From assembly GCA_963555825.3 (NCBI GenBank), contig CAUVXB020000002.1:3392001-3456000 (forward strand): DNA of 64,000 nucleotides, given 5' to 3'. A program made the position numbers and the translations under genes. This DNA is from Alphaproteobacteria bacterium (GTDB lineage Bacteria; Pseudomonadota; Alphaproteobacteria; JAAXGF01). Below the pieces are notes generated by a model that was not told the DNA's origin, ran no database searches, and saw only the letters and a program-made list of their open reading frames with translations. Positions 19,898 through 30,106 of this stretch are shown here, one piece after another (positions within the stretch are counted from its first letter, which is position 1; each line of letters begins with the position of its first letter).

Positions 19898-21369
19898 GGC
19901 GGATTCAACCGGTCGTCGCAACACGTTCAGTTTGACTGGCCTGCAAGCACTGGTCCAGAGCTTCGGCGGGAGTTCTCCATCCGAGGGTCTTGCGGGGCCG
20001 TGTATTGAGCGCGTCAGCAACAACTGCGAGTACGTCCGGACTGTGTACGCTCAGATCGGTTCCTTTCGGGAAGTACTGTCGAAGCAGTCCATTGGTGTTC
20101 TCGTTCGTTCCGCGTTGCCAAGGGCTGTGCGGTTCGCAGAAGTAGACGGGAAGGCCGGTTGCGATCCGCAGATCCGCATGCCTGGCCATCTCTGCTCCCT
20201 GGTCCCAGGTCAGCGAGCGGCGAAGCTGCGCTGGCAATGTCGTGATCGTCCGGGCGATGGCATCGCGAACCGCTTCAGCCCCATGACCGGCAAGCGCAGG
20301 CCCGTTCTTCACGCGCGGGACGGTGCCGTGGCCTTCCATTCGGGGAAGATGCAGCAGCATTGTGAACCGCGTGGTGCGTTCCACCAGAGTGCCGATCGCC
20401 GATCTGCCCAAGCCGATGATCAGGTCACCTTCCCAGTGTCCGGGTACGGCCCGATCAGCTGCTTCCGCCGATCGTTCACTGATCATGATCTCAGGCGTGA
20501 CGAAGGATTTGCCCCGCCGGCGGCTACGTGCCCGAGGCACGCGCAGTGCCCTTCCCGTGCGAAGGCAGGCGGTCAGCTCACGACGGAGTGCGCCGCGGCC
20601 CTGTACGTAGAGCGCCTGATAGATCGCCTCATGACTGATCCGCATCGCTTGATCCTCGGGCCCGTCCCCAGGATAGTCGATCCGAAGACGGTGCGCGATC
20701 TGCTCAGGACTCCAGGCCCTGGCCCATCGCCTGTGCTGCCGCGGCCCATGCCGACGACCGTTCCAGACGACGCGTGGCCCCTCGATCACCGTTCCATCCG
20801 GTGCCGAGATCCGACCCGCAAGCCGATCCTGCACATAGCGCCGCAGCGCCTCATTCGTTGCCAGCTTGGCTGGCTTCGGCCTTTTGGCGGATCGATCAGC
20901 ATGCCACTGCGCCGTCGTTGCTCGGTAGTCCAGGCCACCGCTTCGGGTCGCCGCGTTGCGCCGCACCTCGCGGGAGATCGTCGACGGTGCTCGCTCCAGC
21001 CGGCAAGCAATATGACGTATGCCTCTTCCCTGGGCGCGCAGAAGAGCAATCTCCTCACGTTCCTCGAAAGACAGGTAACGTCCTGACAGCGGCTTGGCCG
21101 ATTGCGATAAATGTGATGGTGGCATGCCGCCCGACCTCCGGAACCACCTCGAGCCTACCGGAGGGGATACACCGGCATCTCGGGCCGCGTCCTCGCTCGA
21201 ACGCCCCGTCGCAATCGCTGCCCAGAACCGAACAAGCTCCTCACGCCGTGCCGAGTCCGGTCGACCTGGCGAATGCAACTTGCTCCGTCCAGACCGATCC
21301 GACCGCCGTCTGCGTACCGTCATAGCAACCTCCTATGCCAGAGTGTTGCGACGACCGATTGAACTCGCC
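19898..21369 (-). mobile_element. IS30-family element
   Basis: TIRs GGCGGATTCAACCGGTCGTCGCAACAC / (rc) GGCGAGTTCAATCGGTCGTCGCAACAC; CAG on both sides. Confidence 0.92.
19905..21323 (-). CDS. IS30 transposase
   Basis: GHWEGDL, TWDQGAEM, PWQRGTNENTNGLLRQYFPK. Confidence 0.95.
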   Translation of the reverse strand: MTVRRRRSDRSGRSKLHSPGRPDSARREELVRFWAAIATGRSSEDAARDAGVSPPVGSRWFRRSGGMPPSHLSQSAKPLSGRYLSFEEREEIALLRAQGRGIRHIACRLERAPSTISREVRRNAATRSGGLDYRATTAQWHADRSAKRPKPAKLATNEALRRYVQDRLAGRISAPDGTVIEGPRVVWNGRRHGPRQHRRWARAWSPEQIAHRLRIDYPGDGPEDQAMRISHEAIYQALYVQGRGALRRELTACLRTGRALRVPRARSRRRGKSFVTPEIMISERSAEAADRAVPGHWEGDLIIGLGRSAIGTLVERTTRFTMLLHLPRMEGHGTVPRVKNGPALAGHGAEAVRDAIARTITTLPAQLRRSLTWDQGAEMARHADLRIATGLPVYFCEPHSPWQRGTNENTNGLLRQYFPKGTDLSVHSPDVLAVVADALNTRPRKTLGWRTPAEALDQCLQASQTERVATTG

Positions 21370-21676
21370 CAGTACTGCTCAGACGCATACCAGGCGCGCC
21401 TCGGTGAACTCGGTTTCCTCGCCTCAATGAGCGGTAAGGGAAATTGCTATGATAACGCCGTCGTCGAGACCTTCTTCAAAACCATCAAGTCAGAACTGAT
21501 CTGGAGGACTGTGTTCATGTCAAGAAGCCAAGCTGAAACTGCCATAGCCGGATACATCGATGGGTTCTATAATCCAGTCCGTCGGCACTCGACGCTGGAC
21601 TTCACAAGCCCCGTCAAATTCGAGGCAGAAGCAATGCAAACGGTGTAGGGCGCCTCCACTTTTCCTGGATGGGTCC
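21370..21676 (+). mobile_element. IS3-family 3' part (OrfB C-terminus to TAG 21648, plus IRR)
   Basis: QYCSDAY…SMSGKGNCYDNAVVETFFKTIKSE…FYNPVRRHS; ends GGGTCCA. Confidence 0.88.
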
Positions 21677-22065
21677 AGTCTATGTGGCCTTCTCGGCAGT
21701 GGAGGAGGCTTCGATACCCGACACAACGGTTGGAACAGCATGACGCGGCGAAGAAGGCGGGGGTTCCGGAGTCCCGGAAAGACAAGTAGCCATTAGGTCG
21801 GTTACCGAAGATGCCGTTGGCGGAGATGGCGCGCGAACGGCTGAGTCCTTTGGCTACCTGCCGCCGTCGCCGGCCGTGCGCGGCCGATTTCCGCTGTCCG
21901 GCCGGTGGGCGGCGAGACAGCGAGGGCGCCGAAGCATGCCGATCAGGTGATCGTGAAACTGCTCGACCCCAGCCCTGACGCCGACGGTGGTCGTCAGCCG
22001 TCCACCGCCGATCAGCAGCATGCCGGTACCGAGCAAGACGGAGACCGTACCGGGGTCATTCGTTC

Positions 22066-23170
22066 CTTGCCTATCCGGTTAACGCCCATGACCGCTACAT
22101 GTAGGGTGCCGCCACTCTCCCGAGTAAAGCTCGGCATAGGTTGGAGCAGAGGTGTCGCCCGCGATGCCGAGCAATGAGCGGAAGGCGTTGAACGGGTAGA
22201 ACCGCCTGTTGAAGCGGAAGGTGAACTCGTTGAGGTAGGCTTGTAGGTGCTGGTGGCTAACGCCGTGGTGGATACCGATCAGCCACGTCTTCAGGTTGGC
22301 GAAAACCAGATGGATGATCGGCAGGTATTGCTCGGCAACCTCTGGATCACCACACTCGGCAACAGCGAAGTGCTCATAGCCGCGCTTACCGAGGCCAGCA
22401 TAGCCGCTCCAATCGTCAGTAACGATCAGCGATCCCGGCGCGACGGTGCTCTCGACGAACCCACAGAGCGACTCGGCGCTACGGTCGAGCACGACGGCGA
22501 GCCGAACGCGTCCGGCATAGCGTCCGTCTTTCCGGTTGTCGAGCTTGGTGCCCGGCTTTCGATGACGCACCTCGATGGCACAGGAGACGGGAACCTTGTG
22601 GTGAACACCACGGCCTTCCCCACGCGTTCGCCCGCCAACCCAGGTTTCGTCCACCTCAACATGGTTCTTGGGCTGTCCACCGATCCTGTCTTGGTTGGGC
22701 CGCACCATGCCCGAGCGGAGCTTGTGGAGAATTTGAAAGGCCGTCTCGTAGCGCGAAAGACCAAGTTGCCGCTGAAACTGCACGGCGGACATGCCGGGCG
22801 TCTGACTGGCGACCAGATAAGCGGCCCAGAACCAGACGTTCAGCGGAGTGTGGCTACGCTCCATCACTGTTCCCACCGTCAGCCCGGTGTTCTGGCGGCA
22901 CTTGCGGCAGCGCAGGACGCCAGGGCGGTTTTCAAAGTGGAACGGCTCTCCCGCCGTGCCGCAGTGCGGGCAGGCAAAGCCGTCTCCCCAGCGGGCTTTC
23001 TCCAGGTAGGCGGCGCAGGCCGCATCATCGGGGAAAAGTCGCTGGAACTCGGGTAGCGAATGCGGGAATGGGAGATCGGCGCGGTCGAGAACATCCATGG
23101 CGCGCTCCCCTATATCCGGTTTGCGCCCATTCTAGCCCTAGTGGGTGTGGGTGTAAACCGGATAGGCAAG
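22066..23170 (-). mobile_element. IS1595-family element (Zn-ribbon transposase), complete
   Basis: TIR CTTGCCTATCCGGTT; 8-bp TSD ATTCGTTC (22058-22065, 23171-23178). Confidence 0.93.
22079..23098 (-). CDS. IS1595 transposase
   Basis: CPHCG/CRKC Zn ribbon, VEVDET, TDDWSGY, YLNEFTFRFNRR. Confidence 0.93.
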   Translation of the reverse strand: MDVLDRADLPFPHSLPEFQRLFPDDAACAAYLEKARWGDGFACPHCGTAGEPFHFENRPGVLRCRKCRQNTGLTVGTVMERSHTPLNVWFWAAYLVASQTPGMSAVQFQRQLGLSRYETAFQILHKLRSGMVRPNQDRIGGQPKNHVEVDETWVGGRTRGEGRGVHHKVPVSCAIEVRHRKPGTKLDNRKDGRYAGRVRLAVVLDRSAESLCGFVESTVAPGSLIVTDDWSGYAGLGKRGYEHFAVAECGDPEVAEQYLPIIHLVFANLKTWLIGIHHGVSHQHLQAYLNEFTFRFNRRFYPFNAFRSLLGIAGDTSAPTYAELYSGEWRHPTCSGHGR

Positions 23171-23177
23171 ATTCGTT

Positions 23178-25043
23178 CTACGGGATGATCAGCACCATCT
23201 TGGCGAAGATGAGATCGGGATCATCGCCGATGAGATGATGGTTCGCCTTCACTATTCTCGTCCACAGGTGGCCATTTCGATAGAAGAATACGGCGATCTT
23301 CGAGAGCGAGTCCCCTTCCTGGACGGTGTAGATGCCCCGCGCATTAGTGAGTCTCGCCACCCCGCTCTGGGCCACTTCGATCGCGAGACGGGCGCTTTCA
23401 AGCTGCTGGCGCTGAGATTCGTTGAGACGACTGACATTGGCGCTTTGCCTCAGCAGCAGATCGTACTCCTGGGTTAGATCCGCCGCCTTGGACCGGGCAT
23501 GCTCAAGGTCTCCGCTCGTCAGCGCGAACTCGCGTTCGAGATCGGTCGCGGTGTCTTCCAGCTTGCTAAGCTCTTCACGAAGCCGATCACTTTCCACGGT
23601 CCTTGTCGACAGCTCTAGCCTGAGACGATCGCCATCCGACGTCGCCTGCGCGAGTGCGTGCTTGAGCTCGTCGTTGCGACGGGTCAACTCCTGATTCTGG
23701 GCTATCGCCTGATTGGTCTGGCTTAGCAATACGGCCAGCTCGTCCTCTTTCGCGCTGAGGGCATGGCGTTGTGTCTGCAGCTGGCGGCTGAGCTCGTCGC
23801 GTTCGCCGAGCACCCTCGATCGCTGCGTCTTTAGCTCGGCCACCTCGGATTCGGATCGTCGAGTCTCGGCAGTGAGCTGCTGGACGGAGCTTCGCGCACT
23901 GCCCAGGTGGTCCTCGAGCTGCGAGTTGAGAGCTTCGAGCTCCATCACTCGAGCGGTGGCCACCCCAAGCGTGGTTTCTAGCTCCTGCATCGACATTTCG
24001 GCAAACTCGAGCGAACGCGATTGTTCCGCCACCGAGGCGTTTCGAGCCGCGAGCAAGGACTGTGTTTCCGCTAGCTCGGAGCGCTGCTGTTCCAATGTCG
24101 AAAGCAGGTTCTCGACGTCCGCCACTTGTCGTCGAGCGTCGGCCCGAGCTTCCGCGAGCTCGGTCTGCAAAGCGGCTGTCGCGGCTTCGAGTGTCTGAAT
24201 CTGACCGCGGGAGACTTCGAGCTCGCTCGCCAGCGACTCGACCGATGCCTTGGCGACGTCGCGCGTGCCGGTGAGCCTCGTCACCTTGGCCTCACGTTCG
24301 CGCAGCTGTGCCTCGAGCTCGGCGAAGGCAAGTCTGAGACCGTCGAGGTCACTCGACATTTGTGCATTCGTTATGTTTTCTTGCTCGAGCTGACGCCGGA
24401 GGACCGAGTTCTTAGCCTCTAACTCGTCGCCTCGCGCCCTCGATGCGCTCAGTTCGCGGTTGAGCGCCTCGGATGCCGACTCGGCCTTGTCGAGCGCCTG
24501 TCGGGCCTGCAGCTGCGCAGCCCCGAGGGATAACAGCATCACAGCCTTCTCTTCGAGCCGCGCCGCGGTGCTTTCGAGATCAGACTCAACGGTCCGCAAA
24601 TCGGTTTGCAGCCGCTCACGATCTGATTCGAGCTCGGTAATCCGGCCGCTTCGAGACTCGGCCACCTCATCGAGCTGTCGCCGGTCTTCTCCAGCACGGG
24701 CAAGCGTTTGCCGGGTCTCGGCAAGGGAAGCTTCGAGCTGTTCAATCTGTTTGCTTTTTTCCGACAGCTGCTGGCCTAGGCTATTGCTTGCGGTGGTGAT
24801 GGTGGCGATCTGAGCGGCCAGACGATCGCGTTCTGCTGCTGCTTGCTCTGCACTTTGACGCGCCCGATCCAGTTTTTCAGACGCCTCCTGCAGCTTGGCG
24901 TCGAACTGCTCTTTCGCCCTCTCGAGCGCTGCTTCCTGTACCGCCACGCCCTGGCTTAGCCGGTAAGCGTGCACAGACATGCCGATGAGCAAGGCCAGGG
25001 TCACAAGTGCTCCAGCTACGGTCCACGATCCGGATTTTTTCAT
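23178..25043 (-). CDS. Membrane-anchored long coiled-coil protein with a C-terminal LysM domain
   Basis: N-terminal hydrophobic helix; ~540-aa heptad region; YTVQEGDSLSKIA…IVKAN…PDLIFAKMVLIIP. Confidence 0.9.
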   Translation of the reverse strand: MKKSGSWTVAGALVTLALLIGMSVHAYRLSQGVAVQEAALERAKEQFDAKLQEASEKLDRARQSAEQAAAERDRLAAQIATITTASNSLGQQLSEKSKQIEQLEASLAETRQTLARAGEDRRQLDEVAESRSGRITELESDRERLQTDLRTVESDLESTAARLEEKAVMLLSLGAAQLQARQALDKAESASEALNRELSASRARGDELEAKNSVLRRQLEQENITNAQMSSDLDGLRLAFAELEAQLREREAKVTRLTGTRDVAKASVESLASELEVSRGQIQTLEAATAALQTELAEARADARRQVADVENLLSTLEQQRSELAETQSLLAARNASVAEQSRSLEFAEMSMQELETTLGVATARVMELEALNSQLEDHLGSARSSVQQLTAETRRSESEVAELKTQRSRVLGERDELSRQLQTQRHALSAKEDELAVLLSQTNQAIAQNQELTRRNDELKHALAQATSDGDRLRLELSTRTVESDRLREELSKLEDTATDLEREFALTSGDLEHARSKAADLTQEYDLLLRQSANVSRLNESQRQQLESARLAIEVAQSGVARLTNARGIYTVQEGDSLSKIAVFFYRNGHLWTRIVKANHHLIGDDPDLIFAKMVLIIP

Positions 25044-25123
25044 TGTCGAGGTCCTCGTATGTCACGCTGCGGCTATTGGACCACACGAGATCAATTCACG
25101 TAAATTGCAAAGTTTGCCGGCTC

Positions 25124-26513
25124 TGTCGAGAACATTCTGAGTTGACCGGTTTATGTACCATATGAGTTGACCGCTTCTGTTGCGGTTTCTGGCCCTGTGG
25201 GGAAGTGGTCGGTCGCGGAGCGGCTGTCCACTTGTCCACAGGGCGCCGGTCGGTCGCGTCGAAGCGGGTCACGCGGCCTCGCGGGTTTGGCTGTCGATCG
25301 GTTGGCCATCGGCGTGGTATCGCGCCAGACATCGCGGTCCATGGAAGACGGCCATTGTGCCGTCGGGGTATTCGTGGACGCGGACCCTGGCCTTGACGTA
25401 ATGGCGGCGGTGGCGGCCGGCGGGGATCTGAAGTGCCAGGCGCTTGTAGCGCACCGTGTTGTCGTTTGAGACGGTGCGTTCCTCGTGGATGCAGAGGATG
25501 TCGTCGAGCGCGCCGGTGAAGGGGACGAAGGCAGTGCCCTGGTCCTCGGCCGGGGTCGCGAAGCGGGCGTTGTGTTGTGGCAGGAAGACCTCCTTGAGGA
25601 AGCGGTTGGCCTCGACCATGTCGGTGATGCCGGCGAGCCTGAGTTCCTGGGGCAGGCGCTTCTGCAAGGTGCCGAACATGCGCTCCGAGCGCCCCCTTGC
25701 CTCGGGCGAGTAGGCCGGGATCAACTCGATGCCGAGCTGCGCCAGGGCGCGGCCGACCTGGGTCGGGGTGTCCTTGTCCACCTTGCCGCCGGCCTCGGGC
25801 GTGTTCCAGTAGTGGCTGGCGCGGTCGGCGTAGAGCGAGCAGAACAGGCCCTTGGCCCGGATCGCCTCGGACACCCCCCTGGAAGCTCGACATGGTGCCC
25901 TCTTCGGCGACGAAGAAGGCCGAGTAGATATCGCTGGTCGCATCGTCCATGGTGACGATCAGGTCCCACCATCGACCGGGGACCCACTCGTGGCTCGAGC
26001 CGTCCTGGTGCAACATCATGCCGGGCAGGGCACGGCGCGGCCGCTTGCGCCGGTGCGCCCCACGCCTGGGCCCATGGGCTTGCAAGCTCAGCCGCAGCCA
26101 GTTGTAGCTGCGCTTGAAGCCGTGATCGGCCACCAGCTTCTCGTGGAAGTGCTTGGCCGTGAAGTCCCAGTAGCGGGTGTCGAACAACTCCAGCACCCGC
26201 GCCACCTCGTCCACCGGCGCGCGCCGCGCCGAGAGGCGGCCCAGGCGGCGGTCGTAGAGACCGTCGGCTCCCTCCGCCTCGTAGCGGTCGCGCCAGCGCC
26301 GGAAGGTGCGCTCCGAGACACCCAGAACCTCCGCCGCCTCCGCCTGGCTCAAGCCACCCCGATGGGTGCGCCCGTAAACCTCCTCGAACTTCATCAATCT
26401 CAGTCCCTGTACCTGCTCCGTCCGACGCATCGCCTCCCTCCATGGCTTGGAGGCGTTCTAAAACCGGACAGATCATCTGGTACATAAACCGGACATATCG
26501 CGTGTTACCGACA
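25124..26513 (-). mobile_element. IS1202-like (ISNCY) element
   Basis: TGTCG ends with repeated subterminal TGGTACATAAACCGG units; 16-bp TSD CAAAGTTTGCCGGCTC (25108-25123, 26514-26529). Confidence 0.85.
25269..26430 (-). pseudogene. IS1202-type transposase, frameshifted at the C6 run near 25874-25879
   Basis: HTH…LHQDGS…MDDAT in one frame; LYADRASHY…ARGRSERMFGTLQ in another. Confidence 0.8.
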
Positions 26514-26530
26514 CAAAGTTTGCCGGCTCT

Positions 26531-27157
26531 TGCCGAATCTCACGAAAGTAGCCACCCAATATCAGGCAAAGTAGCCACCGATTCTCACCAAAGTAGCCAC
26601 CCCTTCGGGGCGGGGGATTTTGGTTCGACTCAGTGTGCCGTCCTACGTCTCGGATTTTCGCGAAGTGTCCGAGGGGGATGCGATGGCACGGGGAAGGTTG
26701 GCGATGAGAAAGGTGAAGAAGATTCTTGCGTTTCATTTCGACGAGGGCCGCAGCGCCCGCGCCATCGCGACCCACTGCGGTCTTGCACGGCGCTCGGTGG
26801 CGCAGACCCTGGAGCGGTTCGCCGCCTCCGGGCTGAGCTGGCTGGAGGCCCGCGACCTGGACGAGGAGGTCCTGGAGGCGGCGCTCTATCGGATATCCCG
26901 GGCTTCGGATTGGCCGGAGGTGGACTGGGCGAAGGTCGAGAAAGACCTGTCCGGCCGTGGCATGACGCTGATGCTGCTGTGGGAGGAATGGCGCGAGACG
27001 CATCCCGACAGGATGAGCTATCCGACCTGGTGCCGCCGGTTCCGGGAATGGCGGCCGCGCCGGGACGTGACGATGCGCCAGAACCGCCGTCCCGGCGAGC
27101 GTCTGTTCGTCGATTACGCCGGCATGACGGCTCCACTCCTGGTCGAGGGGGTCGAGC
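26531..27157 (+). mobile_element. IS21-family element C, left end and truncated istA (ATG 26683)
   Basis: Three AAAGTAGCCACC repeats; …MRQNRRPGERLFVDYAG cut by IS3. Confidence 0.85.
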
Positions 27158-28098
27158 TGGACCCTGCTGACGAAAGTGGAGACGTCCTGCGATAGGATTT
27201 TGATCGCAGGAGGTGCAAATGTCGAAGCAGAATGGGAACAAGGGCCGGCGGTTTGATCGGGCCTTCAAGGAAGAAGCCGTCCGTCTTTTACAGACGAGCG
27301 GGCGCAGGCAGCGGCAGATAGCAGGAGATCTAGGGATCAGTGTCAGCGCGCTCGGACGCTGGGTCACAGAATTGCGTGCGGAGGATTTGCTTTCCGGTCC
27401 GCATGAGGATGCAGCGAAGGAGATTACCCGCCTACGCCGAGAGCGTGATCTGGCCCGTCAGGAACGTGATCTGCTAAAAAAAGCGCTGGCCTTCTTCGCC
27501 AGGGAAAGTCGATGAGGTTCCGGTTCATCGACGCGGAGAGGGCCGGGTTGGCGATGCCGATATTCCGCCTGTGCAGACTGCTGCAGGTCAGCGTCTCAGG
27601 CTTCTACGCTTGGCGCAATCGCGGCCCAAGCCAGCGACAGCTCGATGACATGGTTCTACTCGCCCATGTCCGGGCAGCCTTTCGGCGCAGCCGCGAGAGC
27701 TACGGTGCAGAGCGGGTCCATCACGAGCTTGCCGAGAATGGGATCGAGGTTGGACGCCATAGGGTGGCTCGGCTGATGCGGGGAAATGGGTTGTCTCCAA
27801 AACGGAAACAGAAGTTCAAAAAGACGACGGACAGCCAGCACAACAAGGCCGTCGCATCGAACCTTCTCGACCAGAACTTCTCCGCCGAGGCACCCAACGA
27901 GAAATGGGCTGCCGACATCAGCTATATCTGGACGGCACAGGGCTGGCGGTACCTGGCCGTCATGCTCGACCTCTACTCCCGGCGCGTCATCGGCTGGGCC
28001 GTGGGCGCTCGCATGACCAGCGACCTGCCGCTCAGGGCGCTTAACCGTGCTATCGGGCTGCGCCAACCTGGCGCCGGTGTGATCCACCATAGCGATAG
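27158..28098 (+). mobile_element. IS3-family element, 5' part (OrfA 27219-27515, OrfB 27512 onward), cut by IS110 at HHSD-R
   Basis: IRL TGGACCCTGCTGACGAAAGTGGAG; A7 slippery run near 27476; WAADISY…VIHHSD. Confidence 0.88.
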
Positions 28099-28486
28099 TG
28101 AGTATCTGCGGGCCGGTTCCCTCGGAGTGACCTGACCCGCACAGCGATAGACGCATCTAGACTGATAGGGCCGGCCGCCCTTGGGTGGCTTGACCCACAC
28201 TCAGATCGACCGAGATGTCATTCCCCGGACATGTCGGCCACCCGGGGGCAACCGGTTGAGGTTCCGACCTCGACCGACATCGTGACCTGATGAGAGCCCG
28301 GCCTTGGGCGCCCCGTCACTGTCGTGTCCGACATCGGCTGAGTTCGGAGCCAACCCCTCCACCCATCATAGACCAGGGGGCGGACATGGCGACTACAACA
28401 GCCGACAACATCCAGATCATCGGTGGCGTCGACACCCACCAGGACCTGCACACCGCCGCCGTCGTGAGCCACGACGGAACGGTGCT
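28099..28486 (+). mobile_element. IS110-family left end plus N-terminus of the recombinase (ATG 28387), cut by IS21
   Basis: ~290-nt non-coding leader, then MATTTADNIQIIGGVDTHQDLHTAAVVSHDGTV (RuvC-like first Asp). Confidence 0.8.
28110..28350 (+). ncRNA. Candidate IS110 bridge RNA (boundaries approximate)
   Basis: CACAGCGATAG (28140-28150) matches the insertion flank CATAGCGATAG (28088-28098); several hairpins. Confidence 0.5.
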
Positions 28487-28606
28487 TGTCAGAACGGCAG
28501 AGCAATAATCCCCCACTGAAGCGGCCGGTCGATCCGGCTGCGGCGGACCAAAATGGGACCGCGTATAGCCTTCTGTCAGGGTTGCTCTGACTGGAAGGCG
28601 GGGGGG

Positions 28607-30106
28607 ATGTATCGGGTGGAGTTGTACGCACGGGTTCGGCGGGCGTGTCATGTCGAGGGGATGAGCACCCGCGAGGCCTCGCGGGTGTTTGGTGTAGACC
28701 GCAAGACGGTCCGTAAGATGCTGTCGTTCTCGGTGCCGCCAGGGTATCGCCGAAGCGCGCCGCCGAGGCGGCCAAAGCTGGGTCCGTTCACGGGAATCAT
28801 CGATCGGATCTTGGAAGACGATCGGACCAGCCACCGCAAGCAACGGCACACTGCGAAGCGCATCTTCGACCGCCTCCGGGACGAGTACGGTTTCACGGGC
28901 GGCTACACCATCGTGAAGGACTACGTTCGTGAGCAGGGGCTTCGGTCGCGTGAGGTGTTCGTGCCACTCTCCCATTCCCCCGGTCACGCCCAGGCGGACT
29001 TCGGCGAAGCGATGGCGGTGATCGGCGGCGCGTTACGGAAGATCCACTTCCTTGCCTTCGACCTTCCCCACAGTGATGGTTGCTTTGTTGCGGCCTATCC
29101 GGCGGAGACGACCGAAGCATTCTGCGATGGCCACAACGCGGCGTTTGCCTTCTTCGGCGGCGTCCCCCGATCCATCCTGTACGACAACACCAAGCTGGCG
29201 GTTGCCCGGATCCTGGGCGATGGGAAGCGGCAGCGAACGCGCGTCTTCACGGAGCTTCAGTCCCACTATCTGTTCGAGGACAGGTTCGGCCGGCCGGGCA
29301 AGGGCAACGACAAGGGCAAGGTCGAGGGACTGGTCGGCTTCATCCGGCGGAACTTCCTGGTCCCCGTCCCGCGTGCCGAGAGCTTCGCGGCCCTCAACGA
29401 TGCTCTCGCCGAACAGTGCCGCCGGCGCCAGGCGGCGCGGCTGCGGGGCCACAAGGAGACCATCGGCGAGCGTCTCGAGCGGGATCGTCAAGTTCTCTTG
29501 CCATTGCCGCCTGCTCCCTATGATGCCTGCGATAAGCGCCCTGGACGGGCGAGTTCGCTGTCGCTGGTGCGTTACCGCAGCAACGACTATTCCGTGCCCG
29601 TGGCCTACGGCCACCGTGAGGTGCTCATCCGGGGCTACGTCGATGAGGTGGTGATCAGCTGCGGGGCCGAGGTGATCGCCCGGCACCGCCGGTCCTACGA
29701 CAGCGAGGACCTGATCTTCGACCCGCTGCATTACCTGCCCTTGATCGAGCAGAAGATCGGCGCCCTCGACCAGGCCGCGCCATTGGCGGGCTGGGACCTG
29801 CCCGAGGCCTTCATCACTCTGCGGCGGCTCCTCGAAGCTCGTATGGGCAAGGCAGGCAAGCGCGAGTACGTCCAGGTGCTCCGTCTACTGGAGACCTTCC
29901 GGCTCGAGGAGGTCGAGGGTGCGGTCGGCGACGCCCTGCGGCTCGGCGCAATCGGCTTTGATGCGGTGAAGCACCTGGTACTGTGCCGCATCGAGCGGCG
30001 GCCGCCCAGGCTCAACCTCGACGTCTATCCGTATCTGCCGCGCGCCCGGGTCGCGATGACGTCCGCCAAGTCGTACATGAGCCTGCTGTCGGGGCTCGGC
30101 GCATGA
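28607..30106 (+). CDS. istA: IS21 transposase IstA
   Basis: Same protein as 15154-16653. Confidence 0.95.
   Translation: MYRVELYARVRRACHVEGMSTREASRVFGVDRKTVRKMLSFSVPPGYRRSAPPRRPKLGPFTGIIDRILEDDRTSHRKQRHTAKRIFDRLRDEYGFTGGYTIVKDYVREQGLRSREVFVPLSHSPGHAQADFGEAMAVIGGALRKIHFLAFDLPHSDGCFVAAYPAETTEAFCDGHNAAFAFFGGVPRSILYDNTKLAVARILGDGKRQRTRVFTELQSHYLFEDRFGRPGKGNDKGKVEGLVGFIRRNFLVPVPRAESFAALNDALAEQCRRRQAARLRGHKETIGERLERDRQVLLPLPPAPYDACDKRPGRASSLSLVRYRSNDYSVPVAYGHREVLIRGYVDEVVISCGAEVIARHRRSYDSEDLIFDPLHYLPLIEQKIGALDQAAPLAGWDLPEAFITLRRLLEARMGKAGKREYVQVLRLLETFRLEEVEGAVGDALRLGAIGFDAVKHLVLCRIERRPPRLNLDVYPYLPRARVAMTSAKSYMSLLSGLGA

Noticed and set aside
21677-22057. Gene downstream of the LysM gene
   Set aside because: No convincing ORF or motif on either strand.
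23178-25043. SMC/Wadjet ATPase or phage tape-measure protein
   Set aside because: No Walker motifs or phage genes; has a TM anchor and LysM.
25060-25123. dif/xrs site next to the IS1202-like element
   Set aside because: No XerC/XerD 11-6-11 consensus visible; the long TSD fits non-xrs subgroups.
26544-26602. Triple AAAGTAGCCACC repeat as iterons or a mini-CRISPR
   Set aside because: Position and TG start identify it as IS21 subterminal repeats.
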